Source: a phage. Taken from it: a stretch of DNA of 64,000 bases. The notes under the pieces are model-generated. The model saw only the letters and a list, made by a program, of their open reading frames with translations. It was not told the DNA's origin and did no database searches. The translations under genes and the position numbers were made by a program. The stretch's first letter is position 1, and every line of letters begins with the position of its first letter. Positions 63,722 to 64,000 of the stretch are shown here, piece after piece. The stretch lies in NCBI GenBank assembly GCA_019326865.1, contig GCA_019326865.1_4101.1. One strand, 5' to 3'.

Positions 63722-64000
63722 ATGGATATACAAACATTCAATAAACTAAAGTACTATGATAATGGTTTTGTATTAATAATTAACGAACTTGATAGTATAC
63801 CATACGAATATCATAATCAAGTAATGAATATAGTAAAAAATATATGTGAAGAACTAAAAAGTATATTTAAAAATGAATATGTTTATGATTTAGGTAATAA
63901 TAGAACAAAACTATACATAAAGAAATTCTGGGGAACACATTGTGGTTTGATGGTCGATTTGGGTTTAAGTTTAGACAATAATTTCGAATCATGTTCATTA
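63722..64000 (+). CDS. hypothetical protein, 3'-truncated by window edge
   Basis: ATG 63722 right after upstream stop; open frame MDIQTFNKLKYYDNGF... runs to window end. Confidence 0.4.
   Translation, partial: MDIQTFNKLKYYDNGFVLIINELDSIPYEYHNQVMNIVKNICEELKSIFKNEYVYDLGNNRTKLYIKKFWGTHCGLMVDLGLSLDNNFESCSL

Noticed and set aside
1-64000. Temperate-phage or mobile-element features (integrase, repressor, transposase, att sites)
   Set aside because: No recombinase-like ORF or flanking direct repeats recognised. The content (RNA repair genes, dense strong early promoters) looks lytic.

Overview
Window reads as a single-strand (+) block of a lytic, AT-rich phage-like genome; the protein tags below are my own labels, not database family names. 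Three zones. (1) 1-13.2 kb: about 40 tiny genes (29-194 aa), most behind their own sigma70-like promoter, often with a GGGGA...TCCCC stem-loop at the mRNA 5' end; recognisable products are a TraR/DksA-type zinc finger, a small GNAT-like acetyltransferase and a compact protein-kinase-like ORF. (2) 13.4-47 kb: two very large tandem paralog arrays. Family A is about 30 ORFs of ~70 aa with a C-terminal LGTNYQExYV motif. Family B is about 45-50 ORFs of 100-285 aa sharing an acidic-aromatic [DE][DE]x[YLF]FQxS[LT]V motif. I cannot assign either to a known family, and this is the most likely location of an undescribed system. (3) 47-64 kb: phage-type Dam-like N6-adenine methyltransferase, NMN-adenylyltransferase-like nucleotidyltransferase, a third small paralog group (family C), and a T4-type RNA-repair pair (RNA ligase 1 and polynucleotide kinase/phosphatase). 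No tRNA, CRISPR, integrase or transposase was recognised. CDS starts follow the supplied ORF track unless stated; several were moved downstream where the track picked an ATG/TTG/GTG inside a promoter or hairpin. Promoter and terminator coordinates were hand-counted and may be off by 1-2 nt.
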